Source: Candidatus Hodarchaeota archaeon
GTDB lineage: Archaea > Asgardarchaeota > Lokiarchaeia > Sigyniarchaeales > SOKP01
Reading direction: 5' to 3'
NCBI GenBank assembly: GCA_048887225.1
Contig: JBHLJY010000004.1
Span: 64,001 to 128,000 of the forward strand
DNA length: 64,000 nt
Shown here: positions 9,730 to 19,581 of the stretch, in pieces
How the letters are laid out: each line of letters begins with the position of its first letter
How positions within the stretch are numbered: the first letter of the stretch is position 1
Translations under genes and position numbers: made by a program
Notes under the pieces: model-generated
Told to the model about the DNA's origin: nothing
The model's database searches: none
What the model saw: only the letters and a program-made list of their open reading frames with translations

Positions 9730-9982
9730 CTTAATCTATTTTTCTTGACTCCTAAAAAGTTAATGATAAAAGTAAAATTTATGCTTTTCCTTTTTTAAGG
9801 TATTTATAGATTTTAGTTGCTCTAAGTTATTCGTCGTCATTTTTCGACTTTCTCCTATGACATATCTGTAAAAAACTTTATATATAATGGAAAAAAAAAA
9901 AAAATTAGCTAATAATGGTTAAGGGTGATTATTTATCACATTTGTACAAGAGAAAGGATTATATCAAAAACTATATCAAAAT

Positions 9983-10183
9983 TTGAAAGAAATATCTAAA
10001 CTTCGAACAGATTTAATTAAATTCTTAGAATTAGTTCTGGATTTATTTTCGTATAAAAATTCTACTACTCAAGAAAAGGATATTTCTAATAAGATTTTAT
10101 TCTATATTAAATCTTTCAACGAGAGCCATCCTATAAATATGTTTAGTGAATTAAATCAAGAATTATTAAAAGAAACCGTTTAA
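9983..10183 (+). CDS. Hypothetical protein
   Basis: 66-aa TTG-initiated ORF with no recognisable motif. Confidence 0.3.
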   Translation: MKEISKLRTDLIKFLELVLDLFSYKNSTTQEKDISNKILFYIKSFNESHPINMFSELNQELLKETV

Positions 10184-10248
10184 TATTCTAAGAAACTTTG
10201 AAAATAGAAGTAGAAGATAGTTAATAAATAATTAGGGATAGAATTAAA

Positions 10249-10419
10249 ATGAATAAATTATTTGATGAAATTAAAGAAGGATTGAGAAAAGCATTAAATG
10301 AGCAAGAATCCCGCACTAATTTCGATGGTATAGTTTGCCAAAATTGTGGTTGTTATAACCATAGAGCAAGAAAGGGACAACCATGTGGTAATTGTTTAGC
10401 AAAATTGAATTTTTTTTAA
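10249..10419 (+). CDS. Small zinc-finger protein (56 aa; not in ORF track)
   Basis: Manual translation MNKLFDEIKEGLRKALNEQESRTNFDGIVCQNCGCYNHRARKGQPCGNCLAKLNFF has two CxxC motifs. Confidence 0.6.
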   Translation: MNKLFDEIKEGLRKALNEQESRTNFDGIVCQNCGCYNHRARKGQPCGNCLAKLNFF

Positions 10420-10584
10420 TCATTGTGCTAATAATTTCTATCTCATTTATTATAGAACAATTGAAGCTCTAGATTAAATTTTTATACTTCTTTTTCTTTT
10501 GAGATATCGTTTAGTTAAGTTAACTATTTAAACTTATTCAACCAATATTTAAAAAACATATCTAATTATATATTCAAAAATAAT

Positions 10585-11994
10585 TTGGTAATAGTTATGG
10601 ATAATAAAGATGTTGAAATATTACACTCAAAGAAGAGTATGGCTTCATACGGTTTCGGAAAATTCGTAAATGAATTTTTAAACATGGCCTTTGGAGCATT
10701 TGTCTTTTTCTACTACGAGGCCGAGATTGGTCTGAGTGTTTGGCTCACTGCTTTTGGATACATCATATTTGCAATATGGAATGCAGTCAATGATCCTTTT
10801 ATTGGTTATTTAGTTGATCGCCCCTTCAATTTCACAAAAAAATGGGGTAGAAGATTTCCTTGGGTTTTCATAGGAGGAGTTCCGTGGATAATTTGCTATT
10901 TACTTCTCTTTACACCTCCCGCCGTAGATCCAAAAGGAGAAGGAGCATGGTTAATCTTTTTATGGTTATTAATTATGACTTGCTTATATGACACATTTTA
11001 TTCTATTTTTAATGTAAATTTTTATGGACTTTTTCCAGATAAATTTCGTTCAGAAAATGAACGCAGGGATGCCGCAGGAATTAGCACAATGGTGGGAACT
11101 TTTGGAGTAGCTCTAGGGGCAATTATACCACCATTATTTATAGTTTTTGGGAATAAACAGTCATATATAATTCAGGCAGGAGTAGCTATAATTGTATGCA
11201 TAATAGCCTTAGCATTAACTATTCCGGGGTGTCGCGAAGATCAAGAGCGAATTGACTGCTATCTCGAAAAGTGTGAAGAAGGATTAGAACGAGGATCCTT
11301 TTTTAGAACTTTTAGAACTAGTTTAAAGCATAAGAATTTTATTGCATATACGCTTGCTTTCTTGTTTTACTATTCTTTAGTACTTTGTATGATAGGATCA
11401 ATTCCATACATGGCAAGGTATAGATTAGAAAGAAAAGCGGGAGATATCATATTAATAATGGCCGGACTTCTTATTGGATCTTTTTGTTCAATACCCTTAT
11501 GGACAATTATTGCCCGTAAAATTAAGGATGACCGTAAAACGATAATCATTGCCGCAATCGCTATGATAATCTTTACAGGTCTTCTTATCTTTATAAACGA
11601 TTATTATATACTTTTCATCGGAATGCTAATATGGGGTACTAGCCTTGGAGGTTTTTGGGTTATGCTTTCTCCTAATTTTGCTAATGTTATTGACGAATCC
11701 GTAATATTGACGAGTAAAAGAGAAGAGGGTTTATATAATGGCATCAATACTTTTGTTGCTCGTGCGTCCCTTATTATTCAAGCTGTAAGTTTTGCGGTTG
11801 TACACACCCTAACTGGATTCTCCGAAGGAGCGGCAACACAATCAGCCGAAGCAAAATGGGGAATTCAAATTCATTTTGCCTTACTCCCAATGATTTTTAT
11901 TATCATTACAGCTGTGATATTTATTAAATTCTTTGACCTTACACCGGAAAAAGTAAAATCTAATAAAGAAAAACTAGTTGATATAGGAATTTAG
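10585..11994 (+). CDS. MFS transporter, glycoside-pentoside-hexuronide (GPH/MelB-like) family
   Basis: WNAVNDPFIGYLVDR, WGRRFPW and REEGLYNG motifs; about 12 TM segments. Confidence 0.92.
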   Translation: MVIVMDNKDVEILHSKKSMASYGFGKFVNEFLNMAFGAFVFFYYEAEIGLSVWLTAFGYIIFAIWNAVNDPFIGYLVDRPFNFTKKWGRRFPWVFIGGVPWIICYLLLFTPPAVDPKGEGAWLIFLWLLIMTCLYDTFYSIFNVNFYGLFPDKFRSENERRDAAGISTMVGTFGVALGAIIPPLFIVFGNKQSYIIQAGVAIIVCIIALALTIPGCREDQERIDCYLEKCEEGLERGSFFRTFRTSLKHKNFIAYTLAFLFYYSLVLCMIGSIPYMARYRLERKAGDIILIMAGLLIGSFCSIPLWTIIARKIKDDRKTIIIAAIAMIIFTGLLIFINDYYILFIGMLIWGTSLGGFWVMLSPNFANVIDESVILTSKREEGLYNGINTFVARASLIIQAVSFAVVHTLTGFSEGAATQSAEAKWGIQIHFALLPMIFIIITAVIFIKFFDLTPEKVKSNKEKLVDIGI

Positions 11995-12049
11995 ATTTCT
12001 AAATCTATTCAGAGAATTCTTTAGATAAAAAATCAATTTCGGTTAGATT

Positions 12050-12202
12050 TTACTTTCTTTTTTTTATTTTAATAGAGTTAAATGGTAGCTTTACACCACA
12101 ATAATGACAAATATTTTCCTCATTTTCTTTAAATTCAGAGATTAGGGAACCACAATAAAAACAAAATCTTAACTTTTTTTTGTTTGCTTTAATATATATC
12201 AC
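12050..12202 (-). CDS. Small zinc-ribbon protein (50 aa; not in ORF track)
   Basis: GTG start; MIYIKANKKKLRFCFYCGSLISEFKENEENICHYCGVKLPFNSIKIKKRK has two CxxCG motifs. Confidence 0.55.
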   Translation of the reverse strand: MIYIKANKKKLRFCFYCGSLISEFKENEENICHYCGVKLPFNSIKIKKRK

Positions 12203-12567
12203 CTATACGTAAATTATAATATCTTTAATTAGATAAAAGGGATTTGAATATTAAAATAAACTGTAGTCCAATTATTGTCTTAAATCAATGAATATAAAAG
12301 ATATACTTAATTAATATAAGCATTTTCACTCAATTATTTTTAAAATATAACATTTTTAAGTAAAGACTTATTAAGTTTTTAATAATGGCCAAAACCTAAG
12401 AAATCTTATATCTTGAACTAAATATAATCTATTTAAAAATTATTATTATTGAATATACTTCTGTTTTCTCAATTTCACCAAATTATTGCATATATATGTA
12501 GATAATAAGTCCTTTTTTATATCCGCATTATTAAAAGAAAACCAAAATCTTACATTTTGGTAAAGGA

Positions 12568-13167
12568 ATGAAATATAATAGTATCATTAAAAATACTTTT
12601 ATTTATTTATTTTTGACAGCTGCATTTTTACTAATACATGAAATAGCACATTGTATAACAGCTATTATATTTGGTGGAGAATTTAGAGGAATTTGGTTAA
12701 CTTCCTTTGTTGGTTTTGGAAAAAAATCAAATCAAGTTAGTACATTTAGCGTTTATGCTTATACTAATTATAATGATAGCATTGTATGTTATAGATGTGT
12801 GAAAGTAGCTGGTAGTTTAACTACGATATTATCTGCTTCAGTGGTTAATTATATCTCAAAAAAAAAGAAAAATTTTATTGTGTTTTTAACGACTTCTAAT
12901 GTGATTTTTTATGAAGTATTTTATTGGGCTGTTTCTCCATTATTAAAATTTGGTGATGCTTATCAATTATTACAATCTTTAAAAATAACTAATTTAACTG
13001 CAATTTTATTGTTTTCATTAATATTTTTTCTTGTAATGACTTGGTTATCAATATCATTAACAAGTACGCTTTTAAAATTGTTAGATTCCTCTTCTGGTAA
13101 ATTTAATGCCTATGATCCTAAGCAGACCAAGAAATTACGAGAAGAGGGAGCTTTTAGAGCAATTTAA
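12568..13167 (+). CDS. Membrane Zn-metallopeptidase-like protein (M50B/zincin-like)
   Basis: HEIAH in TM helix; later VAG and GDA motifs. Confidence 0.6.
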   Translation: MKYNSIIKNTFIYLFLTAAFLLIHEIAHCITAIIFGGEFRGIWLTSFVGFGKKSNQVSTFSVYAYTNYNDSIVCYRCVKVAGSLTTILSASVVNYISKKKKNFIVFLTTSNVIFYEVFYWAVSPLLKFGDAYQLLQSLKITNLTAILLFSLIFFLVMTWLSISLTSTLLKLLDSSSGKFNAYDPKQTKKLREEGAFRAI

Positions 13168-13208
13168 TGAATATGGAAATGTCCAAGAGAAAATATAAAA
13201 GATAGTGC

Positions 13209-14255
13209 TTATCTTTTATGAACTTTTTTCCTCATAATTAAGATTGTAATTATAGCAATTAGTGAGCCTGATAGTATTGATAAGTTATATCCGTTAATAG
13301 ACTCGAAATCAAAATCATTATCATCGTCATCATCATTAATTTTTAGAGGAGGTGTATACGGGACTGTAGCATTCACAAGGACATAATTCATTGCCGCAGC
13401 GCAAGCTTTAGTTGCATTGTTTAAATTAGCTTCTATGCGATTATAATACTCTTGATGTTCTAGCGTGTCTGTTGATCGGTCGGCGAAAGTATTATTCCAA
13501 TTACTAAAGAAGTTTTCGTAAAGCCAAAATGCGTTGTGAGCGTAATTGTGGGTACTATCGTTATAAGTATCCCACGCTAAGTCTACAGCTGCATCATATG
13601 GTTTTTTTGAACCGATGGTAAAAGGAAAAATTTTAAAAAATTCTTCCATATCGTCAGCTTCATCTGTTCTTGTTTTTATATAACCTTCTAATTGCGTATG
13701 ATTGTCGTCAAAATTTACAGTATCATAAGGTGGCTCATAATTTTCGGCTACATGGCAGAAAACAGCCATATCAGAGATATAATGCGTCATCGCTCCAAGG
13801 TAGAAGGCAGCTAGATCGTATTTTTCCTCATCCAAATTAACACATGCAAGATCTCCCATAGATTTCGCTCTAAGAGCTGCATCATCTTCATAAACAGAAC
13901 CATCTTGGTGTATATATATATGGTGCCAGCTAAAATCACCGAATCCTATAATTGATTTTCCGTCTAACGTCATTGAAACTCCAGAGTTATCGGGAGCTTC
14001 GGTTCCCACAAAATATATCAATTTTCTATCATTTAACCATTGCCACCTAGTCGCGTTGTCGTTCAGCAGAGCCGTTAGTGAAACATTAGCAACCCAGTCA
14101 TGACCAGCAAAATCATTGTTATAATCATAACTACTTGAGTCGTCGGCATAACTTCCATTAGGTAAAGCTACGCTTTCGTGAGTTAGTGCTGTAAAAATAA
14201 TTATTACTAACAAAAAGCTAACTGGTAATAAAATAAAATTTCTCTTATTTCTCAT
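13209..14255 (-). CDS. Secreted, C-terminally anchored Zn-dependent phospholipase C / S1-P1 nuclease-family protein
   Basis: N-terminal signal peptide; HDW, EAPD, HHIY, HYISD..H and H..LE Zn-ligand pattern; acidic linker, INGY, TM helix and basic tail at the C-terminus. Confidence 0.75.
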   Translation of the reverse strand: MRNKRNFILLPVSFLLVIIIFTALTHESVALPNGSYADDSSSYDYNNDFAGHDWVANVSLTALLNDNATRWQWLNDRKLIYFVGTEAPDNSGVSMTLDGKSIIGFGDFSWHHIYIHQDGSVYEDDAALRAKSMGDLACVNLDEEKYDLAAFYLGAMTHYISDMAVFCHVAENYEPPYDTVNFDDNHTQLEGYIKTRTDEADDMEEFFKIFPFTIGSKKPYDAAVDLAWDTYNDSTHNYAHNAFWLYENFFSNWNNTFADRSTDTLEHQEYYNRIEANLNNATKACAAAMNYVLVNATVPYTPPLKINDDDDDNDFDFESINGYNLSILSGSLIAIITILIMRKKVHKR

Positions 14256-14755
14256 AGTAATACGATTCTTTCTTATTTATTAAATCCCTTTAATAATTAA
14301 ATTATATAATTATTGATTAATTGATAACTAGCGCTTTAATAACAAATTAACATTTTTTTAAAATCTGGGGTATGTTGCGAAAATAAGATATGCAACACAC
14401 AAATATACTTCTTAAAAAAATAGTTTGAAATTTGGCTTTTTTGAATAGGTAAACTTAGAGAATCTTATATCTTAGAACAGATATGAGCTATATTTTAATT
14501 GTAATAATAAAAGAGCTTATTTGTTCAATTCGTATTTTACTCTTTTTTTAACAATTCATTTTTTGACTATTAGAGGAGTAATTAAAAGGATTTGGAAACA
14601 TAAACTAGAAAAGCTTGGGAGCATAAGAAGACTTCTAGAATACCTTAAAAACTCATAATTTTTTTGAACTTCTCTTTTTTTTATATTATACAGAAAATTT
14701 TTATTTTTAAAATTATAAAAACCATTAATTAAATTAGATTATAGAGTGAAATAGC

Positions 14756-15415
14756 TTGAAAAAATTAGTTCTTTTTGGACCACCGGGAAGCGGGAAAGGG
14801 ACGTTAGCTTCATTAATACTTAAAGTTTTACCTAATATTGTTCATGTAAGCACCGGTGATATTTTTCGTGAAAATTTAAAAAACAAAACACCATTAGGCT
14901 TGAAAGCTAAAGAGTATATGGAAAAAGGCGAACTTGTTCCCGATGAAATTGTCATTAAAATGGTAGAGAGCCGTCTAAATCAAGAAGATGTTAAACAGTA
15001 TGGATTTATGTTGGACGGTTTTCCACGAAATACACGGCAAACGAGGGCTCTTGATGGAATAACTCAAATTGATACTTTTCTCCTATTAGAAGTCGAAAGA
15101 AATATAATTAAGAAGAGAATTCTCGGAAGATTTGGCTGCGGTGAATGTGGTGAGATTTACAATAAATATACGCTGCCACCTAAAATACAAAAAGGAACAA
15201 ATCAATGGATTTGCGATAAGTGCGGAGCTGAAATAGAGTTTAAGCAAAGAAGCGATGATACTGAAGAAACACTCGAGAAACGCCTAAATGTGTACGAGGA
15301 AAATGCCAAACCAATAATCAATTACTATCAGGAAAAAGGATTACTGAAAAAGGTTGACGCTGAAAATACTTTAGAAATGTCCGCTGATGATATTAAGAAA
15401 ATAATCGAACTGTAA
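14756..15415 (+). CDS. adk: Adenylate kinase, bacterial-type with Zn-binding LID
   Basis: GPPGSGKGT, HVSTGDIFR, LDGFPR, CGEC..CDKC and QRSDD motifs. Confidence 0.95.
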   Translation: MKKLVLFGPPGSGKGTLASLILKVLPNIVHVSTGDIFRENLKNKTPLGLKAKEYMEKGELVPDEIVIKMVESRLNQEDVKQYGFMLDGFPRNTRQTRALDGITQIDTFLLLEVERNIIKKRILGRFGCGECGEIYNKYTLPPKIQKGTNQWICDKCGAEIEFKQRSDDTEETLEKRLNVYEENAKPIINYYQEKGLLKKVDAENTLEMSADDIKKIIEL

Positions 15416-15451
15416 TATTTAATTAAATTCTATCTTTCTTATTGATATAAA

Positions 15452-16207
15452 ATGAAACCCAATATATGTGTAGCACTTCCAATTAAATCTGGGAATGTAA
15501 AGGAAAATTATGCGATAATCAAAAGGGTTTTAGAAAGTAAACCCGACCTAATTGAATTTAGGTTTGACTACATCGAAGAGATTTCACAGTTAACTCCCGA
15601 TTTTGTAAAGGTCTCATTAAATCTCATTAAACCGGATGTGCTATCCATTTTTACGTTTAGAGATCCATCTGAAGGGGGTCAATGTGCAATTAGCCAAGCA
15701 GATCGCTTAAAAATAATAAATTTGCTGATTGAATCCCATCCTGATTATCTAGATATTGAAATGAACACAAAAACAGAACATTTAAGCGAGATTATAAATC
15801 TCGCTGATAAAAATAAGGTAAAGCTCATATTTTCTTATCATGATTTCGAGAAAACTCCATCTTTCGAAGCAGCATCAGATATTTTTGAAGGCTTTAAAGA
15901 TAAACTATTAAGCAATCGTTTAATCGATGCCCTAACGCTTAAAGAGGTTACCTACAAAATAATATTTACTGCTCAAAGCTTTGAAGATAATTTCATTCCA
16001 ATAAAATTATGTAAAGTTGTATCAGAAAAAGAAAAAGATCAAGGTATCATTAGTTTTTGTATGGGTGAATTAGGCATTTTCTCAAGAATAATGTGCGTAA
16101 AGTTCGGTTCTTTTCTAACTTATGGCTCTTTAGAGGATAAAACTGCACCTGGACAAATAAATATTAAAAAAATTAGAGAATTACACCAATTACTATTTAG
16201 TAATTGA
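15452..16207 (+). CDS. aroD: Type I 3-dehydroquinate dehydratase
   Basis: EFRFD, FTFR..EGG, SYHDF, MGELGIFSR and TAPGQ motifs. Confidence 0.92.
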   Translation: MKPNICVALPIKSGNVKENYAIIKRVLESKPDLIEFRFDYIEEISQLTPDFVKVSLNLIKPDVLSIFTFRDPSEGGQCAISQADRLKIINLLIESHPDYLDIEMNTKTEHLSEIINLADKNKVKLIFSYHDFEKTPSFEAASDIFEGFKDKLLSNRLIDALTLKEVTYKIIFTAQSFEDNFIPIKLCKVVSEKEKDQGIISFCMGELGIFSRIMCVKFGSFLTYGSLEDKTAPGQINIKKIRELHQLLFSN

Positions 16208-16216
16208 TATTTAAAA

Positions 16217-17788
16217 ATGACAGAATTAAACGAAAGTTCATCTTCAGAAATTTACATTATACCAGAACCTGTAAAAATAGTCCAGGAAGATGGAGAATTT
16301 ATTATAAATAATAAAACAACCATTCTAACAGATTCAAAATCAATACAAAATGCTGAATTTCTAAAACAAATATTGACTCCTGCAACTGATTTAAAACTAA
16401 CTATAAAAAATCTTACCCAAAAAGAGGAAGATTCTAATGTTATAATACTTAAAGTTGTTGATAATGAAAAAACTTTAACTTCGGAAGGATATTCTCTTCA
16501 AGTCTCTCCTACAGAAGTTAATCTCTCAGCTCCCACTCCTGCTGGAATTTTTTATGGCATCCAAACACTAAGACAACTTCTTCCACCTGAAATAGAAAGT
16601 TCCAACGTAAAAAATATGGAATGGGCTATTCCATGTGTAAGTATTAAAGATTATCCACGTTTTTCATGGCGAGGATTTATGCTGGACGAATCAAGACACT
16701 TTTTTGGCAAAAATGTAGTAAAAAAATTACTTGATCAAATGGCGCGTTTAAAATTAAATAAATTTCATTGGCATCTTACGGATGATCAAGGTTGGCGGAT
16801 TGAAATAAAAAAATATCCTCTTCTTACAGAAATAGGATCAAAGAGGAAAGGAACAATTACTCCACGAAAAAAATTAGATGGAATTCCCGTTTCAGGTTTT
16901 TATACACAAAACGACTTAAAGGAAATCATTGCTTATGCAGCTGAAAGATTTATTGTAATTATTCCTGAAATAGACGTACCAGGTCATACGACAGCACTTC
17001 TCGCTTCATATCCAGAATTAAGCTGTACGGGGGGACCTTTCGAGGTTAGCACTCATTTTGGAATCCATAAAGAGGTTTGTTGTATAGGGAAAGAAAGAAC
17101 ATTTGAAGTTGTCCAAGGTATTTTGAATGAAATCATAGAGATCTTTCCTTCTGAAATAATTCATACTGGTGGAGATGAAACTCCCACAAGAAGATGGAAA
17201 AGATGTCCTATTTGTCAAGCGCGATTAGAAAAAGAGGAACTTGAGAAAGAAGGAGATCTACAAATTTATTTCACAAATAGAATTGCGGATTATCTGTCTT
17301 CTAAAGGACGCAGATTGATGGGATGGAATGAGATCCTAAATGAAAAATTATCTAATAAAGCGATCTGCCAATATTGGACCTTTAATTTTGATATGGTTTT
17401 AGATCACATAAGAAAGGGAAGGGATTTAATTATGTCAGAAATGAGTGCTGTCTACCTAAATTATCCTTATAAATTAATTCCATTAAGTAAAACTTACCTA
17501 TATGATCCTATTCCAAAAGAATTAGAAAAAAAATACCATAGTTATATCCTCGGACTCGAAGCTTGTTTATGGGCTGAATTTATTCCAAATATTAAGCGCC
17601 TGGAGTGGCAAGCATTTCCGCGCCTAATAGCTGTAGCAGAAACAGGTTGGACACCTAAAAAGAAAAAAAAATTTCGATCATTTCTAACGCGTTTAGATTC
17701 TTATCTCAAAAGACTAAGCTATTATGAGATAAATTTTGCTAAAAAAGAAGAATTTGAAGAAAAAGAAGGAAATATTCAAAACAAGTAA
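16217..17788 (+). CDS. Beta-N-acetylhexosaminidase (GH20), no signal peptide
   Basis: DYPRFSWRGFMLDESRHF, FHWHLTDDQGWR and HTGGDE catalytic motif. Confidence 0.93.
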   Translation: MTELNESSSSEIYIIPEPVKIVQEDGEFIINNKTTILTDSKSIQNAEFLKQILTPATDLKLTIKNLTQKEEDSNVIILKVVDNEKTLTSEGYSLQVSPTEVNLSAPTPAGIFYGIQTLRQLLPPEIESSNVKNMEWAIPCVSIKDYPRFSWRGFMLDESRHFFGKNVVKKLLDQMARLKLNKFHWHLTDDQGWRIEIKKYPLLTEIGSKRKGTITPRKKLDGIPVSGFYTQNDLKEIIAYAAERFIVIIPEIDVPGHTTALLASYPELSCTGGPFEVSTHFGIHKEVCCIGKERTFEVVQGILNEIIEIFPSEIIHTGGDETPTRRWKRCPICQARLEKEELEKEGDLQIYFTNRIADYLSSKGRRLMGWNEILNEKLSNKAICQYWTFNFDMVLDHIRKGRDLIMSEMSAVYLNYPYKLIPLSKTYLYDPIPKELEKKYHSYILGLEACLWAEFIPNIKRLEWQAFPRLIAVAETGWTPKKKKKFRSFLTRLDSYLKRLSYYEINFAKKEEFEEKEGNIQNK

Positions 17789-17798
17789 GAACTTAAAT

Positions 17799-17969
17799 TT
17801 ATTCTTTATCAAAGAAATTTCCACATTCACCACATTTTATCAACCTTTTATAAACAGGAGTACCCTGCATCGAATAATATAATACTTGATTCTTATCAGG
17901 TTCTTCATGTAGCTTACGTGGATTTTCATTTCCACAACTTGGGCATTTAATTCGCTTATAGTCAGACAT
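17799..17969 (-). CDS. Small zinc-ribbon protein (56 aa; not in ORF track)
   Basis: MSDYKRIKCPSCGNENPRKLHEEPDKNQVLYYSMQGTPVYKRLIKCGECGNFFDKE. Confidence 0.7.
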   Translation of the reverse strand: MSDYKRIKCPSCGNENPRKLHEEPDKNQVLYYSMQGTPVYKRLIKCGECGNFFDKE

Positions 17970-18057
17970 TTAAAAATCTCTTATAGTATTTTTTATTATA
18001 AATAGACTGGATTTGATAAATTTAAATTTTCCTTTTATTAAAGATCTTAATAATTTC

Positions 18058-18594
18058 TTATTGAATAGTTACAATCCCCGTTTTTTCAATAATTTCTCCA
18101 ATTATATCATCAAGTTTTTTCCCTGTTGTTTCAATAACAATATCTGCTGCGGCCTCGTAAAAAGGTTTTCTAAAATTTAGAACTTTTTCAATTTCTGCCA
18201 TAGGATCTTGTTTATCAATTACAGGTCTAGTTTCCTTGCCGTCTTTCATGGCTCTTTCATAAATTTCTTCCGAAGTTGCATCCAATAATACAATATGACT
18301 ATTTTGTTTTAAATAGTCAATATTAATTTTGTTTAGAACGATCCCACCTCCACACGAAATAATAACATTTTGATACTTGGAAGCTTTTTTACATGCAGTA
18401 ATTTCATATTCTCTAAATCTAATTTCTCCATCCTCAGCAAATATATCGGGAATTGATTTACCGGCGTCTTCAATAATAATTTGGTCTGTTTCTATAAATT
18501 TGTAATTGTTTCCAAGACGATTTGCTAAGGCTTTGCCTACTACAGTCTTCCCAGTGGCCATAAACCCAATAAGAGCGATACAATTTTTAGTCAT
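18058..18594 (-). CDS. aroK: Shikimate kinase, bacterial P-loop type
   Basis: LIGFMATGKTVVG, DGEIRFREYE, SCGGG and RP motifs. Confidence 0.92.
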   Translation of the reverse strand: MTKNCIALIGFMATGKTVVGKALANRLGNNYKFIETDQIIIEDAGKSIPDIFAEDGEIRFREYEITACKKASKYQNVIISCGGGIVLNKINIDYLKQNSHIVLLDATSEEIYERAMKDGKETRPVIDKQDPMAEIEKVLNFRKPFYEAAADIVIETTGKKLDDIIGEIIEKTGIVTIQ

Positions 18595-18711
18595 ATTTTA
18601 TCCTAATTTTGATTAATTGTTAATTATTAATTATTATAACTCAAAAACTATTATTATATCTTGAATTCTAAATTTAACAATGTAATTAAAAATAGATATT
18701 TTAAAAATACT

Positions 18712-19581
18712 ATGTCAAAACAATCATCGTTTTCGGGAAAAACTAAAACTTTTTGTCTTATAGGACACCCAGCGGAACATAGCATGTCTCCAACAATGTG
18801 GAATCCTGCTCTTCAAGAGTTGGGACTTAATTATGTTTATGTAGTCTTTGATGTTCATCCAGACAATTTAAAAAAGGCTGTTGATGGATTTCGAGTATTC
18901 GGTATTGAAGGAATTAACGTAACTATCCCCCATAAAGAGACAATTATACAATATCTCGATGAAATTGATCCGATTGCTGAGAAAATGGGTGCCATAAACA
19001 CAATTAAAAACGAAAATGGATTTTTAAAAGGCAGAAATACTGATGCTGGAGGAGCTAAGAAATCTCTTTTAGATGCAGGATGCTCTATAAAAGGAAAAAA
19101 AATATTAATGTTAGGATCTGGAGGAGTAGCAAGAGCAATATGCTATATTTTATCTGAGGAAGCTGAAAGAATAGTCTTAACTGATATTATTAAGGAGAGA
19201 GCCATAAATCTTGCTAATGAAGTAAAAGATAAGATGAATGCTGATATTATTGGTAAAATTAGCAACGAAACCACAATTAAAGAAGAAATTAAAGACACAG
19301 ATATATTAATTAATGCAACACCTTTAGGTATGTACCCCAAGGTCGATGCATCCCCCATATCAAAAGACCTTCTACATAGCGAATTATTTGTGTTTGATGT
19401 AGTATATAATCCATTAGAAACAAAATTAATGAAAGAAGCTGCAGAAGTTGGAAGTAAAATCCTTGGAGGCTTAGATATGCTCGTTAATCAAGGAGTTTTA
19501 GCCTTTGAATGGTGGACAGGGAAAACACCTAATAGTGAACTAATGAAAAATAAAATAATCGATTTTCTCAAAATTAAATAA
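18712..19581 (+). CDS. aroE: Shikimate dehydrogenase
   Basis: HSMSP, NVTIPHK, GAINT, NTD, GSGGVAR, NATPLGM and DVVYNP motifs; start moved to ATG 18712. Confidence 0.93.
   Translation: MSKQSSFSGKTKTFCLIGHPAEHSMSPTMWNPALQELGLNYVYVVFDVHPDNLKKAVDGFRVFGIEGINVTIPHKETIIQYLDEIDPIAEKMGAINTIKNENGFLKGRNTDAGGAKKSLLDAGCSIKGKKILMLGSGGVARAICYILSEEAERIVLTDIIKERAINLANEVKDKMNADIIGKISNETTIKEEIKDTDILINATPLGMYPKVDASPISKDLLHSELFVFDVVYNPLETKLMKEAAEVGSKILGGLDMLVNQGVLAFEWWTGKTPNSELMKNKIIDFLKIK

Noticed and set aside
14373-14397. Inverted repeat TGTTGC-N13-GCAACA in the intergenic region
   Set aside because: Single 6-bp-arm occurrence; could be chance
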